Assembly: GCA_026391215.1 (NCBI GenBank)
Contig: JAPLDX010000089.1
Location: 1 to 60,907, forward strand
Reading direction: 5' to 3'
Length of the DNA stretch: 60,907 nt
From: Bacteroidia bacterium
Lineage (GTDB): Bacteria; Bacteroidota; Bacteroidia; Bacteroidales; VadinHA17
The position numbers and the translations under genes were made by a program. The notes under the pieces are model-generated. The model did not search any database and was not told where the DNA came from. It was given only the letters and a program-made list of their open reading frames with translations. Shown in pieces: positions 50,771-60,723 of this stretch. Within the stretch, counting starts at the first letter, position 1. Each line of letters starts with the position of its first letter.

Positions 50771-50857
50771 TTCAACTTTTATCTTTTTCCTTTTGTCTTT
50801 TATTTTGCTTTTCCTATATTTGATATGTGTTTCCTTAAGTGCTAAATAATAGGAATT

Positions 50858-51775
50858 ATGTTAGTAAGAACATTTGCCAGTTCCGTGAACGGAATTGATG
50901 CTGTGACAGTTACTATAGAAGTCAATGTGTCCCGAGGCATCCGTTTTTTTCTTGTAGGACTGCCTGATGTGGCAGTCAAGGAGAGCCAGCAGAGAATTGA
51001 ATCAGCCCTGCGCGCTCTTGACTTTCACTGGCCGGGTAAGCAGGTAGTGATAAACATGGCTCCTGCTGATATCCGGAAGGAGGGATCGTCTTTCGATCTG
51101 CCTCTCGCCATGGGAATCCTTGCTGCCGATGAAAAGGTTATAACCGGAGAAATTGAATCATATGTCCTGATAGGCGAGCTCTCTCTTGACGGGACATTAC
51201 AACCTGTAAAAGGAGTATTGCCTATCGCATTAAGGGCAAGGGAAGAAGGATTTAAGGGAGTGATAGTCCCTGTAAAAAATTCACGCGAAGCTGCTGTTGT
51301 AAACGGCCTTGATGTATATGGAATGGAAAAGCTCGGCGATGTGGTTGACTTCTTCAACGGAACCCGCAAATTTGACCCGGTAAAAGTAGATCTGCTGGAA
51401 ATATTCTCTGCTGAAGCCAATAAATATGAGTTTGATTTTTCTGACGTAAGGGGCCAGGAAAATGTTAAGAGAGCCCTGGAAGTGGCTGCTGCCGGTCACC
51501 ATAATTTAATTATGATCGGCCCTCCCGGATCAGGTAAGACTATGTTAGCCAAGAGGTTACCGACGATAATGCCTCCTCTTACCCTTGAAGAAGCCCTTGA
51601 AACAACCAAAATACATTCTGTGGCAGGAAAAATAGATGATCATACGGCTCTGATGACCAGGCGGCCATTCAGAAGCCCTCATCATACAATTTCGGATGTC
51701 GCCCTTGTCGGGGGAGGTACCTTCCCGCAGCCGGGAGAGATATCACATGGTTATATAAAGGGTATGTCTAAATGA
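50858..51775 (+). pseudogene. comM: ComM/YifB Mg-chelatase-like AAA+ ATPase, 3'-truncated by island insertion
   Basis: VGLPD.AVKES, NMAPADIRKEGS.FDL, GPPGSGKT and PFRSPHH; homology stops at PGEIS (normally PGEISLAH) and Walker B is missing. Confidence 0.92.
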
Positions 51776-51847
51776 TTTATAATCAACGCTAAATAAAATA
51801 TTTTATAAGGCTATAGCGTTATTTAAAAAGAAAAGTGGTAAAAAGTG

Positions 51848-52057
51848 CTAAAGTTTTTTGCCTATACTATTATCCCATCTCGTGCCTTGCCATCCACTAA
51901 TTCTACCTTCCTTCTGGCATCTTGAGCACATCCAATGAATTTCATTGCTTGCACGCAAAAACTCAACTTTTGTCGTTCCCTGACATCCTTTAAAGCATCC
52001 GATACCTATTAGAGTTATTGTTGGAAATTCATTGTCGAGGTATTTATTGAACGACAA
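51848..52057 (-). pseudogene. 5'-truncated paralogue of the Cys-rich protein at 52984..53292
   Basis: CFKGCQG...IHWMCSRCQKEGRISGWQGTRWDN; lacks the N-terminal region of the intact copy. Confidence 0.6.
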
Positions 52058-52110
52058 ATGTACTCGTTTTTCAATTCAGATTTCAAAGCGAATACTCATA
52101 GTTTTTAAGA

Positions 52111-52905
52111 ATGTGGGATGGCAAATATACTTTTGAAAAAAGTAAAATAATCTATGGAGATTGCTTAAACAAAATGAATTTGATACCAGATAATAGTATT
52201 GATTTGATTTGTTGTGATTTGCCTTATGAAGTAACAGCAAACAAATCAGATATTATGATACCACCATCAGAATTATGGAAACATTATTGGAGAATTGCAA
52301 AGCCAAATACAGCAGTTGTTTTATTCGGGCAGGATAAATTTACAGCAACAATGATGTTAAGTGATAAAAACCATAAATATAATTTGATTTGGGATAAAGA
52401 CTTACCTACAGGATTTTTAAACGCAAATAGAATGCCATTAAGAAGCCATGAGGATATTATGGTTTTCTATAAAAAACAGCCTGTTTATAATCCACAAAAA
52501 GTAAAAGGCATACCAAACCATTCAAAAGGCAAACCAAAACGAACAGCAAACAATAACTATGGTGATTTTGAATTTGTGGACAATAAAGAAGTGCTTGGTG
52601 ACATGAAGCACCCAAAAAGTATTTTAAAATTTCAAAAACCACATCCAAGTATTGCTGTACATAGGACGGAAAAACCAGTTGAATTAATTGAATGGATTGT
52701 CAAAACATACACAAATGAAGGTGCGTTGGTATTAGACAATACTGCAGGAAGTGGGACACTTGGAGAAGCGTGTTTAAATACCAACAGGGATTTTATTTTA
52801 ATAGAGAAGAATCCAGAGGATTTTGAAATAATCAGAAACAGAGTTGTTGCAATTTTTAAAAATTATGGACTTGACCTACAAACTTTAACAGGTGAAATTC
52901 AGTAA
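52111..52905 (+). CDS. Orphan N6/N4 DNA methyltransferase (beta class)
   Basis: GDCL, DLPY (motif IV), H.TEKPVEL and LDNTAGSGT (motif I). Confidence 0.92.
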   Translation: MWDGKYTFEKSKIIYGDCLNKMNLIPDNSIDLICCDLPYEVTANKSDIMIPPSELWKHYWRIAKPNTAVVLFGQDKFTATMMLSDKNHKYNLIWDKDLPTGFLNANRMPLRSHEDIMVFYKKQPVYNPQKVKGIPNHSKGKPKRTANNNYGDFEFVDNKEVLGDMKHPKSILKFQKPHPSIAVHRTEKPVELIEWIVKTYTNEGALVLDNTAGSGTLGEACLNTNRDFILIEKNPEDFEIIRNRVVAIFKNYGLDLQTLTGEIQ

Positions 52906-52983
52906 GTGTTTTCCCATATACTCAAAGCGAGAATAAGTGTTATTGAGATATTTTTATTGTAGTAAATAAAGTAATTAAAAGTA

Positions 52984-53292
52984 TTACAATTTTTTACCTG
53001 AATTATTATCCCAGCGTGTTCCCTGCCATACACTAATTACACCTTCGTTATCGCATTCATTACACACCCAATGGATATCATCCTTTTTGCCCAATATCTC
53101 ACTTTTAATTAATCCCTGACAATCCTTTTTAAAGCACCTAATATCAGTTGACGCTAATGTTTTAGGACTTTTTCTGGTTGTACTATCAACTACCAATGCC
53201 ATGAAACTTGCCAGTTCTCTGGCTTGTCTGGGCATTTCTTTTGGAAGGTTCCCTGTTTCATCAAGGAAATGGGTCATATTGGATATATACAT
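52984..53292 (-). CDS. Small putative zinc-ribbon protein
   Basis: CFKKDC and W.C.EC..EG.IS.WQGTRWDN. Confidence 0.75.
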   Translation of the reverse strand: MYISNMTHFLDETGNLPKEMPRQARELASFMALVVDSTTRKSPKTLASTDIRCFKKDCQGLIKSEILGKKDDIHWVCNECDNEGVISVWQGTRWDNNSGKKL

Positions 53293-53348
53293 AATTCGGG
53301 TAAATCAGGATTGTAAACAAATTCAATTTCAATCATCCAGTAAAAATA

Positions 53349-53375
53349 AAAAAACTGGCTTAGAACCAGTTCTTT
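53349..53375 (-). terminator. Probable intrinsic terminator
   Basis: AAAAAACTGG-CTTAGAA-CCAGTT. Confidence 0.5.
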
Positions 53376-53423
53376 ATTTCTATTAATATGAATTCAAGAA
53401 TGCTTTTTATGAAAATTAAGTAA

Positions 53424-53909
53424 TTATGCTGCATTCTTAAATAAATTTGCAAATAATCCCTCTGCTACACCATCCGAAGTATCAAATCTTTCTCCAACTG
53501 TTTTATTCTTCACATCCACTGGGAAGATAAATGCTTCTTGCCGTTCAGGTGTGGCAAAATGCATAACAATCGCATCCTGCTTTACTTTGAGGTCAGCGAT
53601 TCTTAAATTTCCACTGTCCAATAGTTCACCTAACTGACTTCCTTTTTGTGTACAAGCCAAATATGCTTCATATAAAAATCCAATGGCTGAAATACAAGGT
53701 TTTCGGCAGATTTCCTTTAAAAAATTGCTAAACCTTACTTTTCCCTCAAAACTTGAAAGATATTCATCGGGAATTGGTGACAGGTAGACTTTATTCTCTT
53801 TTAAGAAAAAAAACATGGGTATTAAACTCCCTTCATTTTTGAAATTTGCAATCATACCTTGCAACATGGATTCTTTAAGAAGATTTGGTGATTCATTAAT
53901 TGCTTTCAT
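53424..53909 (-). CDS. Hypothetical protein
   Basis: 161-aa ORF with an AT-rich leader; no family recognised. Confidence 0.7.
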   Translation of the reverse strand: MKAINESPNLLKESMLQGMIANFKNEGSLIPMFFFLKENKVYLSPIPDEYLSSFEGKVRFSNFLKEICRKPCISAIGFLYEAYLACTQKGSQLGELLDSGNLRIADLKVKQDAIVMHFATPERQEAFIFPVDVKNKTVGERFDTSDGVAEGLFANLFKNAA

Positions 53910-54003
53910 AGTTTTATTTTTTATTGGTTAATACTTGTTCCCTTTCTACTTATACGAAATGAAGAATGCAAAAAGTTACAAGCAAACCGCATCATTTTTT
54001 CAT

Positions 54004-54036
54004 AAAAAAAAGAAGGCTGGCATTTGCTGCCAGCCT
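54004..54036 (-). terminator. Intrinsic terminator
   Basis: Minus strand AGGCTGGCAGCAAATGCCAGCCTTCTTTTTTT. Confidence 0.7.
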
Positions 54037-54160
54037 ATAACCACAAAAATGTTTACCAAAATCTTTATTCAACAAAGCAAATGATATTCATTATACGTAA
54101 ATAAAATCTCAGAGGTTACAGATTTTGAGAAGTATTTAAAATTTGAATGGTTAGATTATT

Positions 54161-55081
54161 CTATTCCCCATCAACATTCTTCACAATAATATATCTTTCA
54201 ATCAAATAGTTAAGCCATTTTCTGTAATTATCATCAGGGCAGTGTTTATTACACGCTCCAAAAAAATCTTCATAAGTCAAAGGCAAAAATTTATGATAAT
54301 TATCTGACAGTAGTTCTATATATTCTTTGCTTGTCTGAACAAAGTGAGAATTACCTTCAGGAAATAGTGTCAGTGATGTAAAATGCTTGAATTTGTCATT
54401 GTCGGCAAGCAATATGCTTTCCCCAAGTAACTGATTTCTCCACATTTGCCGAAATTTGTCGTTAGACAAAGTGTAAACCGCTTCTGGCTTATAACCTTTG
54501 CAATGTTCTGTGACAGAATAATATTTTGAGGTTTTGTCAATGATGGCTCTTTCTTGTTTTGAATTTTTTTCAAGTCTGTATTCTTTTTCCGTGTATTTTA
54601 CTTCAATCCCAATTAAACCCTTTGAATTGTCACTTCTTGAATACTCAATGTAGGTATCGAATGAAGTTCCATCATTCAAATATTTTTCTCTGGGGTTAGG
54701 TGCAAATTCAATTTCAATTCTTTCAATTGTCTGAATGACACCGCCAAAGAATTCATTAAAAACGTTTTTGCAATATGTTTTATTCAGGTTGAATGGAATG
54801 AAGAAATTGAAGGGAATATGTTCGCTCCTTAACATATTAGAATAAAGAGGTTTATTATACTTTCTATATTTTTTTACTGCATCAAAAATACCGAAACCCT
54901 GATAAAAATTATTACCAGCTTCACCATCTTCTTTTGTCAGATAGTTGCCGTAACTGTTATAAGGAAGATTTAATACCTCGGCTCTGAATTTGGATTGATG
55001 CAATCTTGCTCGCCTTAAAAAGCCTGATGGGTCAGTCTTGTCGTCTTCTGGGTATTGTGTTCCTATGTCTTGCATAGGCAT
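54161..55081 (-). CDS. Putative PD-(D/E)XK restriction-like endonuclease (PGN_0703-like)
   Basis: NMLRS....FNFF.P, IEFAP, YLND.TSFD, IGIEVKYTE and QMWRNQLL. Confidence 0.75.
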   Translation of the reverse strand: MPMQDIGTQYPEDDKTDPSGFLRRARLHQSKFRAEVLNLPYNSYGNYLTKEDGEAGNNFYQGFGIFDAVKKYRKYNKPLYSNMLRSEHIPFNFFIPFNLNKTYCKNVFNEFFGGVIQTIERIEIEFAPNPREKYLNDGTSFDTYIEYSRSDNSKGLIGIEVKYTEKEYRLEKNSKQERAIIDKTSKYYSVTEHCKGYKPEAVYTLSNDKFRQMWRNQLLGESILLADNDKFKHFTSLTLFPEGNSHFVQTSKEYIELLSDNYHKFLPLTYEDFFGACNKHCPDDNYRKWLNYLIERYIIVKNVDGE

Positions 55082-55116
55082 GCCTTTTAAAAGGATAATG
55101 TTATCCTAAGTGTATC

Positions 55117-56055
55117 TTAGATTTCTGCCATAAGCGGTTTAAAATATTTAATAAATTTTTCAAGATTCTCTTTAAACCAGCCAAATTGATTCGCCCAATC
55201 GTTTTTATCAGTATAATCAGCCTCACGTTTTAATATAACCGAACTCATTATACGTCCTTCCATCCTGTCCCAAACTAAATTTTTATTGATATCTATTAAG
55301 GAGTTTTCATATGAAGTTTGGTATAACTTGTCATAATTTTTTTTGGCATTTTCACCCATGATATTAAGCCAAATATTTATTGATTTGTGCTTTGAGTTTA
55401 CAGTTGCTGATAAATAAATGCTGCTTTTCCCAATTGACAAATCTGAATAACTTTGGGGCGAAGGATTTCGCATTTTCACAAAACTCTTATTGTTTTCCAT
55501 AAACTCTTTAAGTCCCTGCCAATATTCTTGTTGTAAAAGTTTTGTTCCTGTTGCAGTTGTGCCTGCAACAGTTTTTTTAACCTGCTTAGACCAATCATTT
55601 GGTTTTGAAACAATATTAAACATTGGCGCAGGCAAAGAATTACCAATCTTATAAATTTCAATTTCGATACCAAAAAATGTAAAAGTATCATCTGTTATAC
55701 TATTAAGCCAGTCAAGTGCTGCTCGATGTTCATCCGTGAAATTTTGTGCAATCCAAATAATAATTACTGCCTCAAGTCCAGAAGCATAAGTTATTAATTG
55801 CCCCAAATGTGTGTGGTCAGTTCTTTCGAGTTGGTTTTCAATCAAAACATAATTGCCACTGAACGTGTCTTTACAAAGGATATCTGCTCTGAATGCTCCA
55901 ATACTTTCTTCTTGGCTCTGAACTTCAAGGTCAATCCCTATAGCATCACTTAATAATTTGATGTTTTCTTCTTGAGCCAGCCATGGTGTAAATTCTGTTG
56001 CTTCCTTTTTCCATAAAGTTCGCAAATCCTGTTTATCAAGACGACCAATATTCAT
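55117..56055 (-). CDS. NucS-like nuclease domain fused to DUF4268
   Basis: LR.LW..EA..FTPWL, RADIL, IENQL..TDH.HLGQLITYA and C-terminal DW..QF.W. Confidence 0.82.
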   Translation of the reverse strand: MNIGRLDKQDLRTLWKKEATEFTPWLAQEENIKLLSDAIGIDLEVQSQEESIGAFRADILCKDTFSGNYVLIENQLERTDHTHLGQLITYASGLEAVIIIWIAQNFTDEHRAALDWLNSITDDTFTFFGIEIEIYKIGNSLPAPMFNIVSKPNDWSKQVKKTVAGTTATGTKLLQQEYWQGLKEFMENNKSFVKMRNPSPQSYSDLSIGKSSIYLSATVNSKHKSINIWLNIMGENAKKNYDKLYQTSYENSLIDINKNLVWDRMEGRIMSSVILKREADYTDKNDWANQFGWFKENLEKFIKYFKPLMAEI

Positions 56056-56094
56056 TTATTATAGTTTTAAATTCTGATTAATAAATTATCATCC

Positions 56095-56898
56095 TTAATT
56101 CTGATTATAACCAAACTGTCTTGTCATGAGAATATCCTTCCAATAGCTCTCCCTTTTTATAATTTCATCATCACTTGTGGTTTTAGCTCGTATTTCAAGA
56201 ATGGAAAATTGGAAGTTTTTTGCATAATCTGCTTCTTTTTCACTGAGGATTTGCTTTAAATCGATATTCCCACCATGTCCATTTGATGCATACTGCGCCC
56301 ATCTTGACCAAAATGCATCTTCACCATATGCAGAACCTACATATTTTTTACCATTCAGCCTGTCACATATTAAATAAACACCTTTGATGTTCTCCAGTGC
56401 TGTTTTCCAAGTTATTTCATTACTGTTAATTATTGATTTTAACTCTTCAAAACTAATTTTTACATTCTCATATCCCTGAAACTTCATTACCATAATTCTT
56501 TCTTTAAGAATCTCTGAAAGATAGATTCTATCATAATGATTTTCAAGTTTTAAATATGAAGCACGAAATTCCCTATCAAATCTTACTATTAACCTGCCAA
56601 TGTATTCTTGTGCGATATTCAGTAATTCGGTATCGTAATCATAATGGTTAATTTTGTACTGGCACGAAATGCTTCTATAAATGCCTGCAAAAAGCCATAA
56701 ATTGGGTTCATAATAGATTAAGGAAAGTATATACTCTCTCTCAAAGTTTCGCTTAGATTGCCATTCCTGCCACTCTTTGAATTTATTATTGAAGAATGCA
56801 ATTAAGGGATTATTGCCTTTCTTCCCTGTGGCAATATGAACCTTATATTTCTTTAAGTCAGGTTCTAACTCTGGAATAATTTTAATCAGGTTTATCAT
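56095..56898 (-). CDS. GIY-YIG nuclease family protein
   Basis: KGVYLI...YVGSAYG...W.RW..Y, RESYWK and GYNQN. Confidence 0.85.
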   Translation of the reverse strand: MINLIKIIPELEPDLKKYKVHIATGKKGNNPLIAFFNNKFKEWQEWQSKRNFEREYILSLIYYEPNLWLFAGIYRSISCQYKINHYDYDTELLNIAQEYIGRLIVRFDREFRASYLKLENHYDRIYLSEILKERIMVMKFQGYENVKISFEELKSIINSNEITWKTALENIKGVYLICDRLNGKKYVGSAYGEDAFWSRWAQYASNGHGGNIDLKQILSEKEADYAKNFQFSILEIRAKTTSDDEIIKRESYWKDILMTRQFGYNQN

Positions 56899-57010
56899 TA
56901 TTGAAATCGATTGTAATTCACAAATGATGGGAATTCCAACACTAAATATATAATCACATTACTTCTAATATATTTAAATTGATTTCTAACTACGTTTTTC
57001 AATTTTTAGG

Positions 57011-58432
57011 CTATTTCAGTAAAATATTTTCTATCTCTTTGGTGGCTTTGTATAATTCTTGTTTGGTCTGGTCATATAGTTGAAGTGCTTGCTGCCTTAC
57101 GTTCGTAATGTGTTTTGCTATTTCTTTCTGTCTTTCAAATGGCGGAACTGGAATGGGAATATCCAGCCAGTTTTCTATTGTTAAATGCTTTATGACCGTT
57201 CCAATGCTAACCCTGTCAGCAAGCCTCTTATATAGATTAGTTGAAAGAAGATAATTAAGATAATAATTATCAATTTTATGATGGCAAATAATTCGCAGTA
57301 TTCCGCTACTTAAAATGTATTCCTCTTCCTTTTCAACAATAACACAAAATCCAATTGTCCCATCTTTTGAATAGAGTATTTCACCGTGTTGGGGTTTGTA
57401 AAGTTCTTTTAACTCTTCGTATTTTGATTTACGTATTTTTTTTTCAGCATCTTTAACATTTATTGAAAAATCTGTTATGTCCGCAACCCTCACGAAGGGA
57501 ATTCCTTCTGATACATATGCTGAAGAACCAACTTCTACACCTTTTACGATATTTAAAATAGCATTCTTTAAAGGATGGACACTGAAGCTGGAATTATATA
57601 TTGACGTAAAAATTATTCCAAAATATTCTTGATGAAAAAATGGGTCAAATCTATTGTTTGTTATATCTTTTAATGTTCTTTTAAACATTCTATTCTTCAG
57701 TGTGTTTTCAGATAGCTCTGGTAAAATAATTCCTAATTCTGAAAGAATATAACTATCAATGCTCGCTAAGAGTTTTTTAGCTTCTACTTCCAATCGTCTC
57801 TTTTGCTCGATGTAATTATCAAATATGTTAACTATTCTATTTTGATTAACAATTGTTGGAATCACTATCGGTGTTGGGGCTAACTGTTCAAGTGTTAAAT
57901 TCTTTTGTGCTGCCTGTGGAGCAAGATTTTCCAGATATTTCTTTAAAAATTTAAAATAGACATTTAGAAATCTCAAATTTACCTTAACATCTTTTGATTT
58001 AATTGCCACGATACTATCAGGGAAGCAGGCAGGGTAATCTAAAATTGCTGTATCACCAATATTTGCAGCAATTGTTATTAGCAAGACTTCTTCCTCAAAT
58101 AATTTACTTACTGATAATCCCAGTTCATTCAAGGTTTGAGTATATTCAATTTTACCCAAAGTATTTGCTGCTTTCACTATATCACCTGTCTGAATGAATG
58201 GATACTTTCCACCATAAAATCTTTCATCATTTCTTGGGCGTTGAGAGAACCTGCCTCTTCTTAATTCAGCAATATCAGACAGTTTCCTTTTGGAAAGTTT
58301 TGTTTTCTCGATAATTTCTAATTGGTTAAGAGGGCTATAATAAAAGGGGTCAAACCTTTTATCCAATTTGCTTTTCTGCAAAATAAATACTCTTTGTGAG
58401 TCGAGTACTGATGAAATAGTATAGGTGCTCAT
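57011..58432 (-). CDS. hsdS: Restriction-modification specificity subunit (two TRDs)
   Basis: Two TRD plus helix units (RFDPFYY / RFDPFFH; IPVPP.ERQKEIA); TAATG coupling to the upstream methylase. Confidence 0.9.
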   Translation of the reverse strand: MSTYTISSVLDSQRVFILQKSKLDKRFDPFYYSPLNQLEIIEKTKLSKRKLSDIAELRRGRFSQRPRNDERFYGGKYPFIQTGDIVKAANTLGKIEYTQTLNELGLSVSKLFEEEVLLITIAANIGDTAILDYPACFPDSIVAIKSKDVKVNLRFLNVYFKFLKKYLENLAPQAAQKNLTLEQLAPTPIVIPTIVNQNRIVNIFDNYIEQKRRLEVEAKKLLASIDSYILSELGIILPELSENTLKNRMFKRTLKDITNNRFDPFFHQEYFGIIFTSIYNSSFSVHPLKNAILNIVKGVEVGSSAYVSEGIPFVRVADITDFSINVKDAEKKIRKSKYEELKELYKPQHGEILYSKDGTIGFCVIVEKEEEYILSSGILRIICHHKIDNYYLNYLLSTNLYKRLADRVSIGTVIKHLTIENWLDIPIPVPPFERQKEIAKHITNVRQQALQLYDQTKQELYKATKEIENILLK

Positions 58433-60588
58433 TATTTTTCTGTTTTGTTAATATGAGCAATGAACTTAGAAAGTTCTTTAGCGATTTCAATCAATTCATT
58501 AGTGCCAGTGCTTCTACCTGTGGCATTATACCCTATATCTTCTGCAATAGCCATGAAAATTGGGTAATCATCTAATATTTTTTGTTTCTCTATAAAATAT
58601 TTGTCCGTCAATTCTTCTTTTAGTAAGTTTACTTTATTACTAAATGAAGCCTGTATTTCATTTTTAGCTGCCTTTATTATCTCTGCTATCTCTTTTTTAC
58701 TTGCAGTGGGATTTTTCTGCTTAGTTTCAGCTTCAAGTTTTTTTATGAATTCATTCTTTTCTTTTTCCCATTTTCCAACTGTAATAATATAATTGGAGTC
58801 ACTTTTAATCTTCTCTTTTATTTTTTCTTTCTGATTAGAAATCTTTTCGGAATGTTTTTGTTTGTGCTTTCTTAAAAATAAGACAGAACTTTTTACTCCA
58901 GCACCTGTAGCCGTAAATGCAGTTTGAGGTATGGAAACTACTGCTACTATGCGGTATATTTCTTCAATATTATCTCTAACATACTGCAAACTACTGTTCG
59001 TTAAAATACCATCAGGAATCACAATAGCTAAATAACCATGCTCAGTTAAGAAATTATGGCATTGCTCCAAGAACAAAACCTCTGTGCTTTGGCTTTCTCG
59101 AAGTGTAGTATTACCATTTGAACTTGTATTCAACCAATCCACTTCTTTTAGTGCCAAATTATATTGATGCATATAAGCCTTTTCAGTTTGCTTGACACTA
59201 CTCCCAAATGGTGGATTTGTGATTATAAAATCAAATGTTCCATAAGCAAATTCTTTATTCTTAGTCTTTGTTTGAATTTCCTTGTCACTTAAAAGACCAT
59301 CAACTGAAATGACATTTGTATGTCCATCATCATGAACAATCATATTCATTTTTGCGGTTCGAGCAATCTGGTCATTAATTTCAATCCCAAACAAATTCTT
59401 TTGAGCAAAATTATGCCAGTGTTCTTTATGCTCAACAGGTTCTTTCTCTGCATTATAGAAGTCATTTGCTTGCTGCCTTACTTTATCCAATGCATGCAAT
59501 AAAAAGCCGCCACTACCACAACTGGTGTCCAATACCCTGCTATTATTATTTATTGGAAGACAGTCGACTATGAATTTAACAATAGGTCTGGGTGTGAAGT
59601 ATTGACCGAAATCGCCACGGAAAAAACTACACATGAATGTTTCAAATGCTTTGCCCTTACTGTCAAGGTCAGTCTTATTGAGGTTAACTCTTTGTAGGTA
59701 TTTGACAATTGTGAGGGTTTCATTTGCATTCAATTGAATATCATCTTTAAAGACTTCAGGGTCTCTCTTTCTTCCTTCCTCATAAAGTCCTCTTATGCGT
59801 TTTAACAAGTCTTCAGGAGATTCATCATGGAATATTTGAAAATCGTATGGTTGTCCAGCTTTTCTTGGTTTTTTCTCATCCCAGATTTTACAAAAGATTA
59901 ACTTATCCAATTCATCAAATGCTACACTTGGATTCCTATGCCCACCACCCCAGAGAGCTTGATGTGCTTGAATAAAAATCTTTGTTAATTCATTTTCAGT
60001 TATACATTCAAGCTCAAAGAATTTTTGTTTGAAATTTGCTTCTGCAGCGACTGGTTTGCCATTTTCTAATCCCGAATCTGATTGTGAAAAGCCACCTTTA
60101 ACATACTTATATGGAGCTAATTTCTTAACACCAAATCTTGGTATATCTGGTATAGAAGTTCGACTTTTAGGCTTTTCTTTTGGAACTTCATAATACTCAT
60201 TTATTATTCTCGATGTTGTCCAAACATACCTTCCGCCTTCTGTAACGCAATAACTATATGCTTGGTCAACTGCAATTTTAAATTGCTGGTCGGTGACTTC
60301 TTCCTTTTTACATTCAATTAAAATATATGTATCCTCACATTTATCGTCTGCATAAACAATAATATCTGCCTCTTTTGTTTCAGAACCCACCTGAACTGGA
60401 ACATAGATTTTAACTCTGTTAACAGGGTAGTTATAGTTTAAGAGAAGGGATAAATATGTATCTACCTGTACCTTCTCTTCTGGATTGTTATAATTCCGCT
60501 TTTTATTTGGATGAATATAAGTAATGAAATTTTTTTCTTCATCGAACCTTATCAATCCTTTTTCAATTCCTTTTTCTATTAAATTCAT
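58432..60588 (-). CDS. Fused HSDR_N-type nuclease and N6-adenine methyltransferase (Type IIG/IIB-like R-M)
   Basis: PEEKV...ADIIVY...LIECK...QA.SY nuclease domain; GQYFTPR, LDTSCGSGGF and NPPF. Confidence 0.9.
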   Translation of the reverse strand: MNLIEKGIEKGLIRFDEEKNFITYIHPNKKRNYNNPEEKVQVDTYLSLLLNYNYPVNRVKIYVPVQVGSETKEADIIVYADDKCEDTYILIECKKEEVTDQQFKIAVDQAYSYCVTEGGRYVWTTSRIINEYYEVPKEKPKSRTSIPDIPRFGVKKLAPYKYVKGGFSQSDSGLENGKPVAAEANFKQKFFELECITENELTKIFIQAHQALWGGGHRNPSVAFDELDKLIFCKIWDEKKPRKAGQPYDFQIFHDESPEDLLKRIRGLYEEGRKRDPEVFKDDIQLNANETLTIVKYLQRVNLNKTDLDSKGKAFETFMCSFFRGDFGQYFTPRPIVKFIVDCLPINNNSRVLDTSCGSGGFLLHALDKVRQQANDFYNAEKEPVEHKEHWHNFAQKNLFGIEINDQIARTAKMNMIVHDDGHTNVISVDGLLSDKEIQTKTKNKEFAYGTFDFIITNPPFGSSVKQTEKAYMHQYNLALKEVDWLNTSSNGNTTLRESQSTEVLFLEQCHNFLTEHGYLAIVIPDGILTNSSLQYVRDNIEEIYRIVAVVSIPQTAFTATGAGVKSSVLFLRKHKQKHSEKISNQKEKIKEKIKSDSNYIITVGKWEKEKNEFIKKLEAETKQKNPTASKKEIAEIIKAAKNEIQASFSNKVNLLKEELTDKYFIEKQKILDDYPIFMAIAEDIGYNATGRSTGTNELIEIAKELSKFIAHINKTEK

Positions 60589-60723
60589 TCTGAGTTTATT
60601 AATTCTAAATTGAATCTATAAAGTTAAGAGTCAATATTGAAAGAACAAAATGAATTAAGATGAATAGGTAATCTAATTATGCTGCTTTTCTTACTTACTC
60701 CGATTTCATAATTCACATTCTTA

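Noticed and set aside
361-59502. Numerous short antisense or alternate-frame ORFs in the track (e.g. 3089..3454, 16445..16891, 24903..25322, 35943..36416, 51025..51420)
   Set aside because: They lie within well-supported genes and look like codon-bias shadows.
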